DNA of 57,781 nt, the filler included, from Basidioascus undulatus (lineage: Eukaryota): assembly GCA_000826855.1 (NCBI GenBank). It is 4 parts of 4 records of this genome, joined end to end, with 100 filler letters (N's around TTAATTAATTAA, not from the genome) between each part and the next. Parts side by side here need not be neighbours in the genome. Positions count along the whole stretch, not along the records: positions 1 to 14,406 come from JTLS01000736.1; positions 14,507 to 28,896 come from JTLS01000737.1; 2 more parts are not named here. One strand, given 5' to 3'. Made by a program: the position numbers and the translations under genes. Shown piece after piece: positions 12,686-25,785 of the stretch. Under the pieces are notes generated by a model. It did no database searches. It was given only the letters and a program-made list of their open reading frames with translations, and was not told where the DNA came from. The number at the start of each line of letters is the position of its first letter. Positions within the stretch are counted from its first letter, which is position 1.

Positions 12686-13720
12686 TCATCCAAAGTATCC
12701 ATGCCGCATCCGCCATCTTGCCGCTACGTCGATGGCCGCGTTGAGGGCCTTCACTACCTCCTCGTTGTAGCGAACAAAGCGCGCCTTGAAACTGGGTATC
12801 TCCTTCGACCGCTCAAAGTGATCAAAAACCGACTTGAGTGTATCGTTGCCAACAGGGTTGAGACTCACAAACTCGCCGCCCATGTATGTCTCCTCGACAG
12901 CCTGCTCGTCCTCGTGCGTGTCGATGAGACGCGGTCGCTTTCCATGTGCCCACAGCCGGCGAAGACGCAGCCAAGCCTCATCATCGTTCAGCTCCTCGCC
13001 CTCCAGCTCGGCGAAGAACTGCAGACGAGGAAGGTCATTCTTGTGCCAGTTCAAGGACTGATCCAGTAATCGCGGGTCTGCGTATCACAGGAAGGTCCAG
13101 ATTTAGCGAACGCTATGGGTACCGGCGCCGAGTGGTTGAGGAAGCACCAGTTCTAAAACGGGAACGGTTCCTCCGGCTCAAACACTAGTCGCCCAGGTCT
13201 GGGTGTGTTCACTTGTCAGCCACTTCTGAAGAAGATCGACCGAGAGTCTGCGACATTGCGCCCCGCTGTACTCGAAATTCTCGCAGATGAACAATGAACT
13301 CGGGCCCTCCACCGAGAAGTCGTCATCGTTGTCCCCGTCCCTGAAAAGCTACGATGTCTCTCCGCGTGGGCTTCATCGGAGGACTGTCATGGTAAGCGCG
13401 CTTGGTGACGAGGTAGTAGGTCGGGCGGATGTCCGCTTGACAGTCAGCAAGCTTGTCGTTGTCGATGCGGAACTTGTGCCCCTCGCGCGACCAGAAGTCC
13501 GGAGCGCGGAAACGATGTCTTTCCTTTTCGGCTACAAATTGCAAGCGCAGCGAGTTACATATCAAGGCTCGTCCAAAGATAGAAGAGGGTCAACTCACGA
13601 GACGGCGAGCAGGAGCTTTGGCGGGTACGGCTTTGCTGGCTCTGTCCGGTGCGGACGCCACTTGCAGGTTTGCCAAAGTGTCCTTCTTCCCACCGACTTT
13701 CACACCGACCTGAATCCCTC
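12686..13720 (-). pseudogene. Degenerate gene of unknown family
   Basis: Coding-like GC-rich pieces (RHRFRAPDFWSREGHKFRIDNDKL; WHKNDLPRLQFFAELEGEELNDDEAWLRLRRLW..RHGYFG*) and one GTGAGT..TAG intron. The pieces do not join in one frame. Confidence 0.3.
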
Positions 13721-14141
13721 AATACGTCTACTAACCGCAGATATCAATTAAACACGGTGTCGGGCTAACCTGACTGTCGTCCTCGACAGAATCAGCAGCG
13801 TGGTTTTCGGAAGAGACTTCAGACCCGCACTTAGAGACGGCTGCCAGTGGGGCTTACCTCGTCGAGCGAAGAGTCTGTGTCGACGCGTCGGCCATGAAAG
13901 GTTTGGTACGCGATGATACAGCGCTTGAAGGTTTCTCCCGAAGAGAGAACTAATCTCTTCAGCTGTGTCTCAACGCAGATACAAGCGGACGGCAAATACG
14001 TGACAGACGGCTCTCACGACGACGCCCCGGGTTTGGACCAGCAGACTGATTAGCTCCATCCTTTGCGACATCGCTTTGTACAAACAAAGAGAAAAATCAT
14101 CGGTCGCTCGTCCTGGAGTAAATGGCGGCCAAAACTCTAGC

Positions 14142-14406
14142 TCACCCCTCCCCCTCCCTGTCCCGCAGCAGCTTCCGCCTCTCCATTCGATCCAGCACCT
14201 CCTTCACCGCGTCCTCAGCCTCCTCCATATCGAGCTTCAGGAGGCGCATCTTCCGCGCGGCACCGCCACCGCCTCCCGAGGCTTCCAGTTCGGCCTCCGC
14301 CCGGATCAGCTGGCGCTCAAGCGCGCGAAGCGGCTGCCGCAGGGAGGACGAGGGAGATGTCGTCCAGGTCGGCGAGGGGGCAGAGGTCAAAGGGGGGGAG
14401 AGGTCA
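14142..14406 (-). CDS. C-terminal fragment of a hypothetical coiled-coil protein, cut by the contig end
   Basis: Open frame from the gap to a stop, RQPLRALERQLIRAEAELE..LLKLDMEEAEDAVKEVLDRMERRKLLRDREGEG*, with GC-rich codon usage. Confidence 0.55.
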
Positions 14407-14506
14407 NNNNNNNNNNNNNNNNNNNNNNNNNNNNNNNNNNNNNNNNNNNNTTAATTAATTAANNNNNNNNNNNNNNNNNNNNNNNNNNNNNNNNNNNNNN
14501 NNNNNN
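14407..14506. other. Artificial contig-joining spacer
   Basis: N44 + TTAATTAATTAA (stop codons in all six frames) + N44 = 100 bp. Confidence 0.98.
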
Positions 14507-14792
14507 AGTATGACGCTGGCGGACGGGAGGGAGGGGGAGGTATCGCGGGAGGTGCGTCGACCTTGGCTTCTGCTCACTCACTCCGCACCCGATTCTTCCC
14601 CATTTTAACCTGTCTGTGGTGGCTGCGGCGGCGCAGACATTCGCGTTCTTCATGCAGCCCGACGTGCAGGCAGTCATCGGGGCGAATGGGGAGACGTTTG
14701 GCCAATTCACGCACGAGGTTCTGAACAGGCATTATGAGAAGGTGGGAGAGGGAGCGCAGGCGGCGGCGAATGGGGTCAAGGTTGGAGCTTGA
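14507..14792 (+). CDS. 3' end of a 2-oxoglutarate/Fe(II) oxygenase (IPNS/clavaminate synthase-like)
   Basis: Spliced across a GTGCGT..GCAG intron: GEVSRE|TFAFFMQPDVQAVIGANGETFGQFTHEVLNRHYEK..GA*. The SRxTxAxFMQP and TFGxF motifs are typical of this family's C-terminus. Confidence 0.7.
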
Positions 14793-17700
14793 GACGCGGT
14801 GTTAGGAGGGGATATTTCGTTGCGGTTGATGAGAGGGTTGAGGACTACGAGTGATTCTCCTTACGCCGACGGCAGGTAGATGGGTTGGGCCCTGCAGGTG
14901 TCACTTCCACTTGGATTTTGCTTGGCTATACCCACTTCTGTTCACATCATTTTGTCCGACCGGCGAGTGTGCAGCGGTTGTGTATGGTCTGAATTCTGGA
15001 AGGCGAGTGAGAAGACGGCCGACTCGCACCAGAGCATCGGGAAGAAAGGAACTCTCGGGCAGCACGGCGCTGACTTCCGCAAATCATCTCTTCGACAGGT
15101 ATTTTCTTCTCGCTTACAAGGAAAACCTGAGGCGTTGAGCAAAAATGCGAGGCGTCGAGCGTCTGTGTGTGACGATTTAGCGCTGCCGCCTGCAAACTGC
15201 TCATTCGACGTCAGACCTGGGCCAGTAAGGAATGATTCATTGCGTAAGGGATATATCTTCGCTGTATTTTGGTCATTAATTGAGCTGTCGACCTCATTCC
15301 CGCCATCTACAGTACCGTGAGCCTCATTCACTGGTTGACAGTGCACCCTGCACGCTGCATGTTGCGGAGCACCGCCTGCTTGTCAATTTCCGCTCATAGT
15401 GCCCATTCTGGCCCAAAATAGCTCTTAAAAATTCTCTGAAAATTGCTTGTAATATTTTTCTGTTTAAATCCACCAATGGACTGTGGAGACTCTCTTGAAG
15501 AGGGCATGTGGTCGCGGTACCTTGACCTTCCAATGCTTGTCATGTCAATTGACAATTGGTCATGAGTGCGCTTTTTAGCTACACGGAAACAAGTAGACCG
15601 TGTAGTGGTTTACACCAAGCTACCGGCAAGACTGGAAGGTTTCAGGCTGGCAATGACACGGTGACTGCGCGGGGTGTGAGAGCAGGCTTGGATGGAGGCT
15701 GTCATGATGGCTCGGTCCAGGCGTCTCTCATTCTTTTTCGTCAGCTTGTAATACAAGGGGCACTTAAGGGTTGTGCAGCTTTTGAAGAAGGCGATCTTAC
15801 TCAGCACGGAAGTAGAGATTGCAGTCACAGCGAGCAGCCCGGGTGAAGAACCAGACACTCGTCCAATAGCGGGCCTTATTATGTGATTGGAACCCATCGA
15901 CCGATAAGCAATTTTTTATGTTCTTATTCACAACAGAAACCGCCACAGGGCGACGTATACTTGGCCATGTGGCGCAAGTGGTGCTGCCTGAGTTGGTGTG
16001 CGGCAGTTTTCCTAGCAACTCAAACAAAGAGCGTCATGGCGATTGAACAGGCCAGGTGGACAGCGGTGGTATCTTGGGTTGTAAAGGTCGACAGGTCCAA
16101 AGGATGCCTCCTGCAAAGGGTGCGACGCACCTGAGGGCGGACGCTTGCCGCAGCTGAGCGGAACCCAAGCGGGCGTCGTGCTCGTGATGTCGGGTGCTTG
16201 ATGGAGGGTCGTATTGAGTGTACCTTGGCCTTTTCCAGCTTTTTGCTTATCCTACATTTTGGGACCTTTCCTAGCACAGCTGAGGGAGCGGTCGACGAGC
16301 GCACACGACCTGCGACAGCGGCGCGCAGCACCTGGCAGCCAATCTTCCTCGTCGCTCCCCATCTTCCCACTCCCCTCCCTCGCGCTTTCCCTATGCATAG
16401 ACCCCCAGCATAATCTACTTTTGTACATGAAAATATCGAGAGCTAACGATAGATTCTCCGCCAAGCGGGTACGAGGGTTTTTTAGGTCGCGAAGAAGACA
16501 TGTCACACAGCGAGGCTAGCTTGTCCTGTGGAGGAGATTGCACTGGGGACTTGTATTCACGAAGGAGCCTGGGCACTGAACACCCTTATACGGCCGGATC
16601 CAGGCACCTATCGAACCCCCACGCCCCAAGCTCCTGCGCACATGCTGACCCTGAGTGCCGCCCGCCGGAGCCCAGAGAAAGAAAGGGGAGGGGGAGGGGG
16701 GGTTACGTGCGGAAGGATGGAGGAGTGGTGCGCGCCATCAGGTCTGTATAATGGGAAAATCAAGGGGATACTTTGATATTGAAAGGAAAGGGACCGCCCG
16801 CCAGCAGGCAGGTAGGTGATGGTCGATGGGAGAGGCGGGTGGCGACTAGTTGACCCGTGAGTGTGGTCCAGGCGGAAAAGCGCGACGATGGGCGTGGAGC
16901 CTTCGTACTTTGCAAGCACTTGCGGAACGCAAACCACCTTCCCATGCCCGTCGCCTTCCCTTTCACCCCCGTCGGCCCCTCCTATACTCTGGAAGCCCTC
17001 CTCGACTCTTCTGCGCTCCCAAATTTGGAGAAGGCTCTAGAGTTTCAAGGAGGTGTTGGTGGTGGCGCACTGGCAATGGTCTGTCTGGGTGTGCCCGGCT
17101 GGACCCGATGACTGCGCTCTTCCCCTCCTTTTCCCCTCTCTCCCCCCAATCCTCTTGAGTCCCTCTTCACCAAATTCTCGAGACAGCCAATACGTGAATA
17201 TGACATCTTCCCCCTGACTTCTCTCCCCTTCCCTTCAGCTTTCTTCCGCCACACCCCTCACCACTCTTCTCACATATCACCTTGGATGCCATAACTTTTG
17301 CATCACCTACCCCCTTGCATTGTCCAATTTATCTCTTGTACAGCTACCTGAAAGCATAACGGAGGGAGCAGTAGAATGTTCGCAACCTGACATTTCCCAG
17401 GCTAGCTCGCAGATGTGCGTGGTCTTTGTGGCATAGACCGCATCACATCTTCCTATTCTATGGACAAACTGGGGTCCAGTTCATGGCTGGGTGATTGAGA
17501 ATCACTCATTCTTTGGGGAGAGAAGGTTAGCTGACACCGAAACGGCTTCGGAGGGAGAGTGACCTACCTAACATGGATGGATGTCAGAGCGCTGCTGAAA
17601 CATTCAACATTTTCCATCATGTCACGCTGAAAACATTTTGTGTACCCGGGAAGGACAGGATGGGCCAGAAAAATATTTCGTACCCATCACTTGAGGCTTC

Positions 17701-19048
17701 CTGAGGCTCGGGCAGTTATACCACCAAACCTAGCTGGCGGGCGACCCGAGGCAGTTAGTGCCAGTGGTCCAGGATAGCTATACTTACCAAAAGCGTGCAG
17801 GTCCAGAACACAATCTGCTTGTCTCCCTAGAAACTGACTGACAGAGCTCGAGATAGCTGAAGAATGTAGGACAATTGTGTACAAAAGCAGTTTATCTTGG
17901 GAGGACGCACAGAGTCCAAGAAAAATCCACGAGAGGGCAGGCACCAACGACAGTAACCCCGCCCTTACCCCTTGCATTTCAGTTCGCGTCGCCCTACGCC
18001 ATGCGGCCACTGAGATTCGGTACCATGGATCCACCTGGGTAGTTTCATCTCTTTTTGGAGATGCATGAACCGAAGCAGACCTTATTCGTGACCTATCACT
18101 GCTTTCACGCCCCAACAGCGTGCAGTCACACACAGTCCACCGTCACACGGTCTAATACGCCTGGGAAAGCTAGAACACCTACAAGAGGGAGGTCACTAAA
18201 TACTCACGTACTAAAACATGCTTACAGCTGTCCAGTTCGGAAGGAAGTCTTGAAAGCAGTCGCGCTATTGGGGGGTGCATCGCATTCAACGTTTCCATCC
18301 ACAGGTTGGAATGGACCGACAAGGGTCTTCTAGCGCCTTCACCTTCTTTTGCAAAGCCCTGCATTCAAAAACTACAACGATATTGTGGAGTAAGGTTTCC
18401 CTCTTGCAAAAGTCGTTGTTTGGCCCATCGCATCGCTGCACACGCTTTTTCCCATCTCATGCCGGAGAACCCATCTGACGCCATACCACACTCCCATTTT
18501 TCCTCTTTCTCCTGGTAATTCAGAACCTCTAAGCTTGCATAAGGGGCGGTGTATCTGTTGAGTTGAAATTAGCAAAGGAATTTCGGGACGCCCAGGTACA
18601 CAACGGGCAGGGGGTTACGCGTTGGTCGCGCAGGTGAGTCACGAGCGGGATGGAACCAGAGGTTCATGATATATTAGATTGTTCAAATATTTCTCTTCCA
18701 GTAACGATAAAGGGTTAAAAACTCAAGAACGACACGGGCGGGGCACAACATCATGCGAACCACACCCTGCACGCTGCCTCTTACGCAAAGAATGATATTC
18801 AGCGTCAAGACCCGAATGTGCTGATATTTAAGATTTTTAACTTCAGTACAGCTCTTAAAGACAACATAAGTTAAACAACACGAGTTTCGATCGTTTTGAA
18901 AGCAAAAGGGCTTCAGGCTGCAAGTGCGATAATGAATTCCCTCACGCCGAAAGCCACCCACTCTGGCCCGAAACGCGTCCTTCCCAAGGTCGACCTCTGA
19001 CTGTCATACCGCCGCCACACCCGCTCTTGCACCACCACACTACTCACC

Positions 19049-22000
19049 ATGTCCGACGTGGGCTCTCCGCGGCGCGATAGGGACGGCGACGAGCGCATGG
19101 GGAGAGGGTGCGTTCGCGCTCGCCGGAGTATGGCAGACAGAACCGTAGTGCTGATATCGCCTGGAGCAGGACCGATTCTGAGGGCTCCGGCGACGACCTC
19201 CGCCCTGGCGCGTCTGAGCACGACTCTTCCGAAGAGGAGGATGTGCGCTTACCTGCAGATATTGGAGTGCAAGCTTGCGGCCTAGCTGACGCGTGCGCGT
19301 GGACAGGACAACCCGGAGGAGGCCCGCAGGGTCGCTGAGGGGTTTATTGTGGACGAGGAGGAAGATGAGGAGGAATTCGATGGGAGGGAACGGAAACGGA
19401 GGAGGAAGAGGAGGAGGAAGGGTGAGTCCTCTCTTTTGCTAGTGCTGGTGCAGTCCCTGAAAAGCTGAGCGCGTGGCGGTGTGTGACCCTGCAGAGCGCC
19501 GTCAGTCGGAGGACTCGGACAACCTGGACGAGGAGGACCTTGAGCTTCTCGAGGAAAACACCGGCCAGCGCCGTTCGCGCACTGCAGGCGCGCTCAAGCG
19601 TCTTCAGCGCCGGCGCACGTCGCGCTCGCCGTCCGCAGACGAGGACGACGTGCGGGCCGAATCCCCGCCGCTGCCCACACTCGCGACGATGTTCGACGAT
19701 ATACGCAACAATCGCGACTTTATCGAGGACGACGACGACATTGGCGACTTTATCGAGGACGATGAGGAGGAGGGCGGGGACGATGAGGACCGGGAGCAGC
19801 GCAGGCGCGCGCGCAGGAAGGAGGAGCGCGAGAGGAGGGGCAAGTTCATGGCGAATCCGGAGCTGGTGGGCATCGACAAGGAGTGAGTGGGAGGCTATCT
19901 CTGTCTGGGTGACGAAGCGCTGGGACTGAGGAGACGGGACAGCTCTTGGGACGAGATCTTCGAGGTCTTCGGCGACGGCACCGACTACGACTGGGCGCTC
20001 GACCTTGAAGACGAGGAGGAAAAGCGCAGGGGCGAGATCAAGTCGTACACCGATGTGCGTTTCAGTACATCGAGCCAGGCCCGGGCACACGCTGAACCTT
20101 TGCATTTTGCAGATCTTCGAGCCCTCGGAGATCCGCGCGCGCCTACTTACACGCGAAGACGACGAGATCCGGACACGCGACGTGCCCGAGCGCATGCAGC
20201 TCTCCACCCCCGCCCTTTCCACATCCTCGACCGTCCTCGTCCAAGGCCGCCTCTCCGAGCCTTTCGACCCGCTGGACATCGACGCAGCCACGGCATGGGT
20301 CACTCTGCGCGTCTCTCCCGCGCTCACGGACCTGTTCCTGAGCCCCGAGAGCCACCTCTACGCGCGCCAGGACGACTTCCGGATGGCCGTGAAGCGCGCG
20401 CTCGAGCTCCTCCTCCTCGACCAGTACGAGGTGCCCTTCATCCACGCGCACCGCCGCGACCTCGTCTCGTTCTTCGACCCCGCCGGCCCTCCCGCGCCCG
20501 TGCACGGCCAGGAGCACCACAACGACCGGCCGGCCGGCACGTCAAGCGGCGCGCGCAACGCCAAGCAGATGAGCCTCCTCTCGCGCAACGACCTCTGGGC
20601 CGTTCACGCGCTCGCCATCCGTTTTCGCGCGCTCAACGAGCGCATCAAGGCGCTCAGGGAGCAGGTCGAGAAGCTCGGCATCTCGGACAAGTACCTCGAG
20701 GACCACCTGCTTCCCGAGGCGGACAGTCCCGAGGTTGTCGCGGACGTCTTGGAGTGGCTCAACTCCCGCTACGCGCAGCAGATCCGCGACTCCCAGGCGA
20801 TGGAAGACGGCGATGGCGACCGCATGCTTAAGCGGCCGAGTCACTCTTCCGCGTACGAGCGCGCGAAGAAGACGATCATGGCGAAGCTGGCGAAGGTGCG
20901 CGGTTCGCGGGTGCGGTGGGGATCTGCAGTAGGACTGACCGTTGGCCGAGGAACAGGAGTTCGGCATTTCGGCGGACGAGCTCGCGCTCAACTTCACGAG
21001 CGCGTCGGGGAAGCTGCACTTCCCTGTTGATCCGGACGAGCCGCCCACCGAATATGCCCAGAACTTTGTCACCGGCGAGGACGACGAGAAGCTCACCCCC
21101 TACTTCGCCTTGAACAGTAAGTTTGCAACATTATGCATTCTGTTTAGTGGCTCATGTTGAGTTGTGATGCGCAGCCGCCAAGATGATCCTCGCGACCGAG
21201 ATCGGGCGCGACCCGCTTCTGCGCAAGCAAGTTCGCGAGCGCTTCCGGGCCGAGGGCACGATCACCGTGACGCCGACGGAGCGCGGCCTGACGAAGATCG
21301 ACGAGCAGCACCCGTACTACAACTTCAAGTATCTCCGTGACAAGCGCGTCTCACTCCTCGCCACGGGCTCGACCCAGTTCCTCTCGATCCTCCAGGCCGA
21401 GTCGGAGCACCTCGTCAAGGTCGACATCAACCTCCCCAAGGGCCCCATGAGCATGCTCGTCCAGCTCCTCGGCGACGCCATCACCAGCGACTCGTTCAGC
21501 GCGGCCGCGGACGAGTGGAACGAGCTTCGCCGCGAGATCGTCAAGAACGCGCTCGACGAGGCGCTTCTGCCTCACGGCAAACGGTACATCCGGGAGTGGC
21601 TGAGGGAGGAGCAGGAGGATTTCCTCGCGAAGCGGTGTGCGGATCGGCTCTCGGACGTGCGTTTCATGACTCCTCATTTGGTGGACAAGGAGAGTGCCTG
21701 ACATTTGCTTCCACGCAGCGTGTCGACGTCGCTCCGTTCGCTCCGCCCGACTGGGAGAAGGGCGAGACTCCCGCCGTCCTCGCCGTGTCGTCCGGGCAGG
21801 GCGACCCCAAGAAGGACGCGATCATGGCCGTCTTCCTTGACGAGGGCGGGCGTTTCCGCGAGCGGCTCAAGATCGACAACCTAGCGGACGCGCAGAACAT
21901 CGAGGATTTCAAGGAGCTGCTCCTCTCGCGCAAGCCCCAGGTCGTCGTCGTCGGCGGGCTCAGCGTGCGCACGCACGACGTCTTCAAGACCGTGCGCGAG

Positions 22001-25000
22001 CTCGTCAACCGCTTCACCGTCGAGGGCGGCGAGAATGCGCCCGCGATCCCCGAGCCCGGCGCGCCCGCCCCGCAGCCCATGGGCATGCGCCAGCAGGACG
22101 AGTGGGGGATGCCGATCCAGCAGGACCCCGCCGTCGCGCCGCAGCCCGAGGGCGCGACGCCCGTCATCTTCGTCCACGACGACGTTGCGCGCATCTACCA
22201 GCACAGCAAGCGCGCGGAGGAGGAGTTCGGCGAGCTGCCCCTCACGGGGAAGTACTGCGTCGGACTGGCGCGGTACGCGCAGAGCCCGCTCAACGAGTAC
22301 GCCGCGCTCGGTGAGGATATCGCCGCGATCACGTTCGACCCCCAGCAGCGTCTGGTATGCATCGGTCCACTTCATTTCTCATACGCGCCCGAACGCTGAT
22401 CAGATTTGTGCTCGCAGTTGCCTCGCGACAAGCTGATCGGCGCGCTGGAGCGCGCGCTCGTGAACGTCGTCAATGACGTTGGCGTCGACGTCAACCAGGC
22501 GGTCCAGGACGCGTACTACCAGCACCTTCTGCAGTTCGTGAGTGGCTTCGGTCCTCGCAAGGCGCAAGGCTTCGTGAAGCAGGTCGCGGCTAGGGTGTGT
22601 ATCTGTCGTTCTTGGCAGCCATAGTTCCAGCTGCTCACGTGGTGTCTCTTGCAGGGCGGCTACCTCGTCAACCGCGACGAGCTCGCCAAGTCCGAGATCC
22701 TGGGCTACAACGTCTTCATGAACGCCGCCGGCTTTCTCCGCATCCGCGAGGACCCCGAGTCGGAGGAGGCGCTCCGGAAGGCGCGCGGCACGGAGGACCC
22801 CGACCCGCTCGACTCGACGCGCATCCACCCGGAGGACTACGAGCTCGCGCGCAAGATGGCCGCGGACGCGCTTGAGCTCGACGAGGAGGACATCGCGGGC
22901 CAGCACCCGTCGCAGGTCGTCGGCCAGCTCATGGACGACGACAGCAACGAGAGCAAGCTCGACGAGCTCAACCTCGACGACTACGCCGTCAACCTGCTCC
23001 AGACGCGCCAAGAGCACAAGCGCGCCACGCTCGACAACATCCGCACCGAGATCCTCCAGCCGTTCGGCGAGCGCCGCGACGAGTTCGCGCAGCCCGGCGC
23101 GAAGGAGGTCTTCACCATGCTCACGGGCGAGACCGAGTACACTCTGAGTCCGGGTGTTGTCGTGCCCGCTCAGGTGCCTAGTCGTGATGCTGTTTGGTCC
23201 AGCTCAGCACCGACTCTGACACTCTTCCCCGGCAACAGGTCATGCGCACGCAGTCGCACATCGTTAAGCTTCGACTCGACTCGGGCGTGGACGCGTTCAT
23301 CAACATCGTCTACCTTGCCGATCAGCAGCCTGAGTGCGTCTCGATTCAACGTTATTCGGTGTTTCCCGGACTACGTGCTCACATGGTCGTCGCAGGCGTA
23401 CGGACGCTGTCGTCAAGAAGGGCCAGACCATCCAGGGCATGGTCCTCAACATCGACTACGACAAGTTCACGGTCGAGCTCTCGTCGCGCCCGCAAGATCT
23501 CGCGCTCGACAGCGTCTACCGCAAGAATATCGCGCCTGACGAGTATTACGACATGGAGCGCGCGACGCGCGACAAGGAGGATGCGGCGAAGCGCAAGAAG
23601 TCCGAGGCTGCGCGGTCGACGCGCATCATCGAGCACCCTAACTTCGCCAACATCAACTCGCTCCAGGCCGAGCGGCTGCTCGCCAGCAGAATGCCAGGCG
23701 ACGTCGTCATTCGGCCATCCTCGAAGGGCGCCGATCACCTTGCCGTGACGTGGAAGGTCGATGATGGGCTGTACCAGCACGTCGGTGCGTTCTTCTCTGC
23801 TATGGGTCGCGTTGAGCGACGGCGTACTGACTCTGGCTGCCCAGACGTACTGGAGATCGACAAGGATAACGAGTGGTCCCTCGGCAAGATGCTGCGCGTC
23901 GGCAAGGCCACGTACTCGGATTTGGACGAGCTGCTCGTCTCGCACATCACGCCGATGTTCCGCAAGATCGAGGAGCTCAAGCGCCACGAGAAGTACAAGG
24001 GCGCGAGCGAGGTGGAATTACGTACGCCCTCTTCTTGTTAATCCCACACTAATCTTGTCCGCTTACGACGGCATTCGGATCAGACGGGTACTTGCGCGAT
24101 TTCGTCCAGATGAACCCTGGGAAGAGCGTCTACGCTTTCTGTCTCGATCGCGACCGTCCCGGAGGCTTCGTCCTCGGTTTCTTGGCAAACGAAGCGAGTC
24201 AGATTCAGAACTGGGTAAGCATCTGCTGTCCTCAATCCAGGTCGAGAATTGACCCGTCGATCTGACTGCCTCTGCTCCTCAGCGCGGCCGCGTGCATCCG
24301 GGCGCGTACCAGCTCGGCGAGGCGAAGGATTTGCCGACGATGGTCGAGCTGTGCAACGCGTTCAAGCGTCAGGTAAGTCAAACTTTCGCAAATACACGTT
24401 ATGGCTTGAGCTCTGACGCATTTCGCTGGACCATCTCAGTACAAGGCTGCGATCGAGGCGAAGAGGGCGAACGGCGGCAAGACGCCCGGTCGGCCAACGG
24501 CAACACCCTACATGGGCGGTCGGACGCCGGCGGTCGGGTACCCCGGCGGCAAGACGCCAGACCCCGTACCGCTTGATCCGAGGTGCATTACGACCATGTC
24601 ACGTATTTTGGCAACATGCTGAATCTTGCATTTCACTCAGAACTCCTCGGCATCCGGGCATGGGCAGCGCCCAACCTCCGCCGGCCGCATATCCTCAACA
24701 ACAGCCTGCCGTCACCTCGTATCAGCAGCCGTCAGGGCAATGGGGGGGTTACGCGCAGCCTTCCGCCGCTCAAGGTGGATGGGGAGGCAGCAGGGCCGCC
24801 CCGCCGCCGCAGACGCACGGAGGATGGGACGCTCCGCCCCCGCCGCCGCAGCAGGTACGAGCGGGACCTTGGGCTTTATCTATGTCCTTAGTGCTGACGG
24901 CGTTTCACACGTGTACTACAGGCTGCCTATCCACCGGCCGCGGCTTACAACGGTGGTAGCAGCGCCGGATGGGGTGCACCGCCGCCGCCGCCAGCTCAAG

Positions 25001-25113
25001 GAGGTGGTGCCGTGCCGCACGGCATGAACCCAGCTCGGGCTGCTATGATTCAGCAAGCCCAGCGCGGTGGCCAGGGCGGCGGAGGCGGGTGGGACGCGCA
25101 GAGCGGGTGGTAG
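19049..25113 (+). CDS. SPT6: Transcription elongation factor Spt6, multi-exon
   Basis: Acidic N-terminus (DSSEE, EGFIVDE), WDEIFEVFGDGTDYDWAL, IFEPSEIRARLLT, EIGRDPLLRK, YqgF-like VLAVSSGQGDP, HhH FVSGFGPRKA, DPLDSTRIHPEDYELARKMAADALE, S1 domain and tandem SH2 (HPNF..VVIRPSSKGADHLAVTWKV). Ends GWDAQSGW* at TAG 25111-25113. Confidence 0.97.
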
Positions 25114-25785
25114 TGGGCTCTCCAGTTGGGCGTGCTGTTGTTCGAACTCCTTTCAGTGTTATTCTCTTGACGCATCTTGTACTGTTAAGCATTTGATCGC
25201 ATGCGGCATCATCGTAAAGGTGTGACCTGGCGGGTGCAAGACTTACGCATGACCTGCTCGTCCTCCCTTTATAACCAGCAACGACACGTATTGCTGTTTG
25301 TCACCGATGACGCTCTGAGTACTCTCTGAATATCCCTTTTGGAATGCCTTGCTTGAGTTAAAAGTATGCTCATCGAACAGAATAATGGGAGGCGGATCGC
25401 CAGGCTGGAGCCGAAACAGCAGCACAAGGCAGGCACCGGCGACAAAAGGTGGTCAGTCCGCGTGCAGCGGGCCAGCGGCCGGCGTTTCTTTGTTGCGTTT
25501 TGAAGGCCCGTTCGCTCGCTCGCTATCCTTTCAAGCTGTCATGTTGGTACGCTTCGATTTTCTCAACAGAATAATACATTGAAAGAGAGATAAGAAATTG
25601 AAACGAAGGACACTTTCGCTTTCCGCCTTTCAAGCCGCAAGGATCGCTGTGCCTTGTCTCTCGCTTGGGACATAAAGACTGCAGAGGCTGAACCTTTTCT
25701 GTCTAATTGTCCTTTCATCCTTCATCTTGAACACAAATATAAGGTGTCCTCCACACGAGTCGTCAAGCACCCACCCATCTCCAGC

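Noticed and set aside
16850..17400. Possible decayed LRR/F-box gene
   Set aside because: Only scattered Leu-rich pieces in different frames, with no diagnostic motif.
19344..23987. Long antisense ORFs over SPT6 (also over the Zn2Cys6, Crz1-like and ISC1 genes)
   Set aside because: These are the expected shadow ORFs of high-GC3 coding sequence.
25700..25726. HD-heterodimer site (GATG-N9-ACA type) in the clp1-like promoter
   Set aside because: TGT and CATC half-sites are present, but the close spacings are 5, 12 and 13 nt, not the hsg-type 9.
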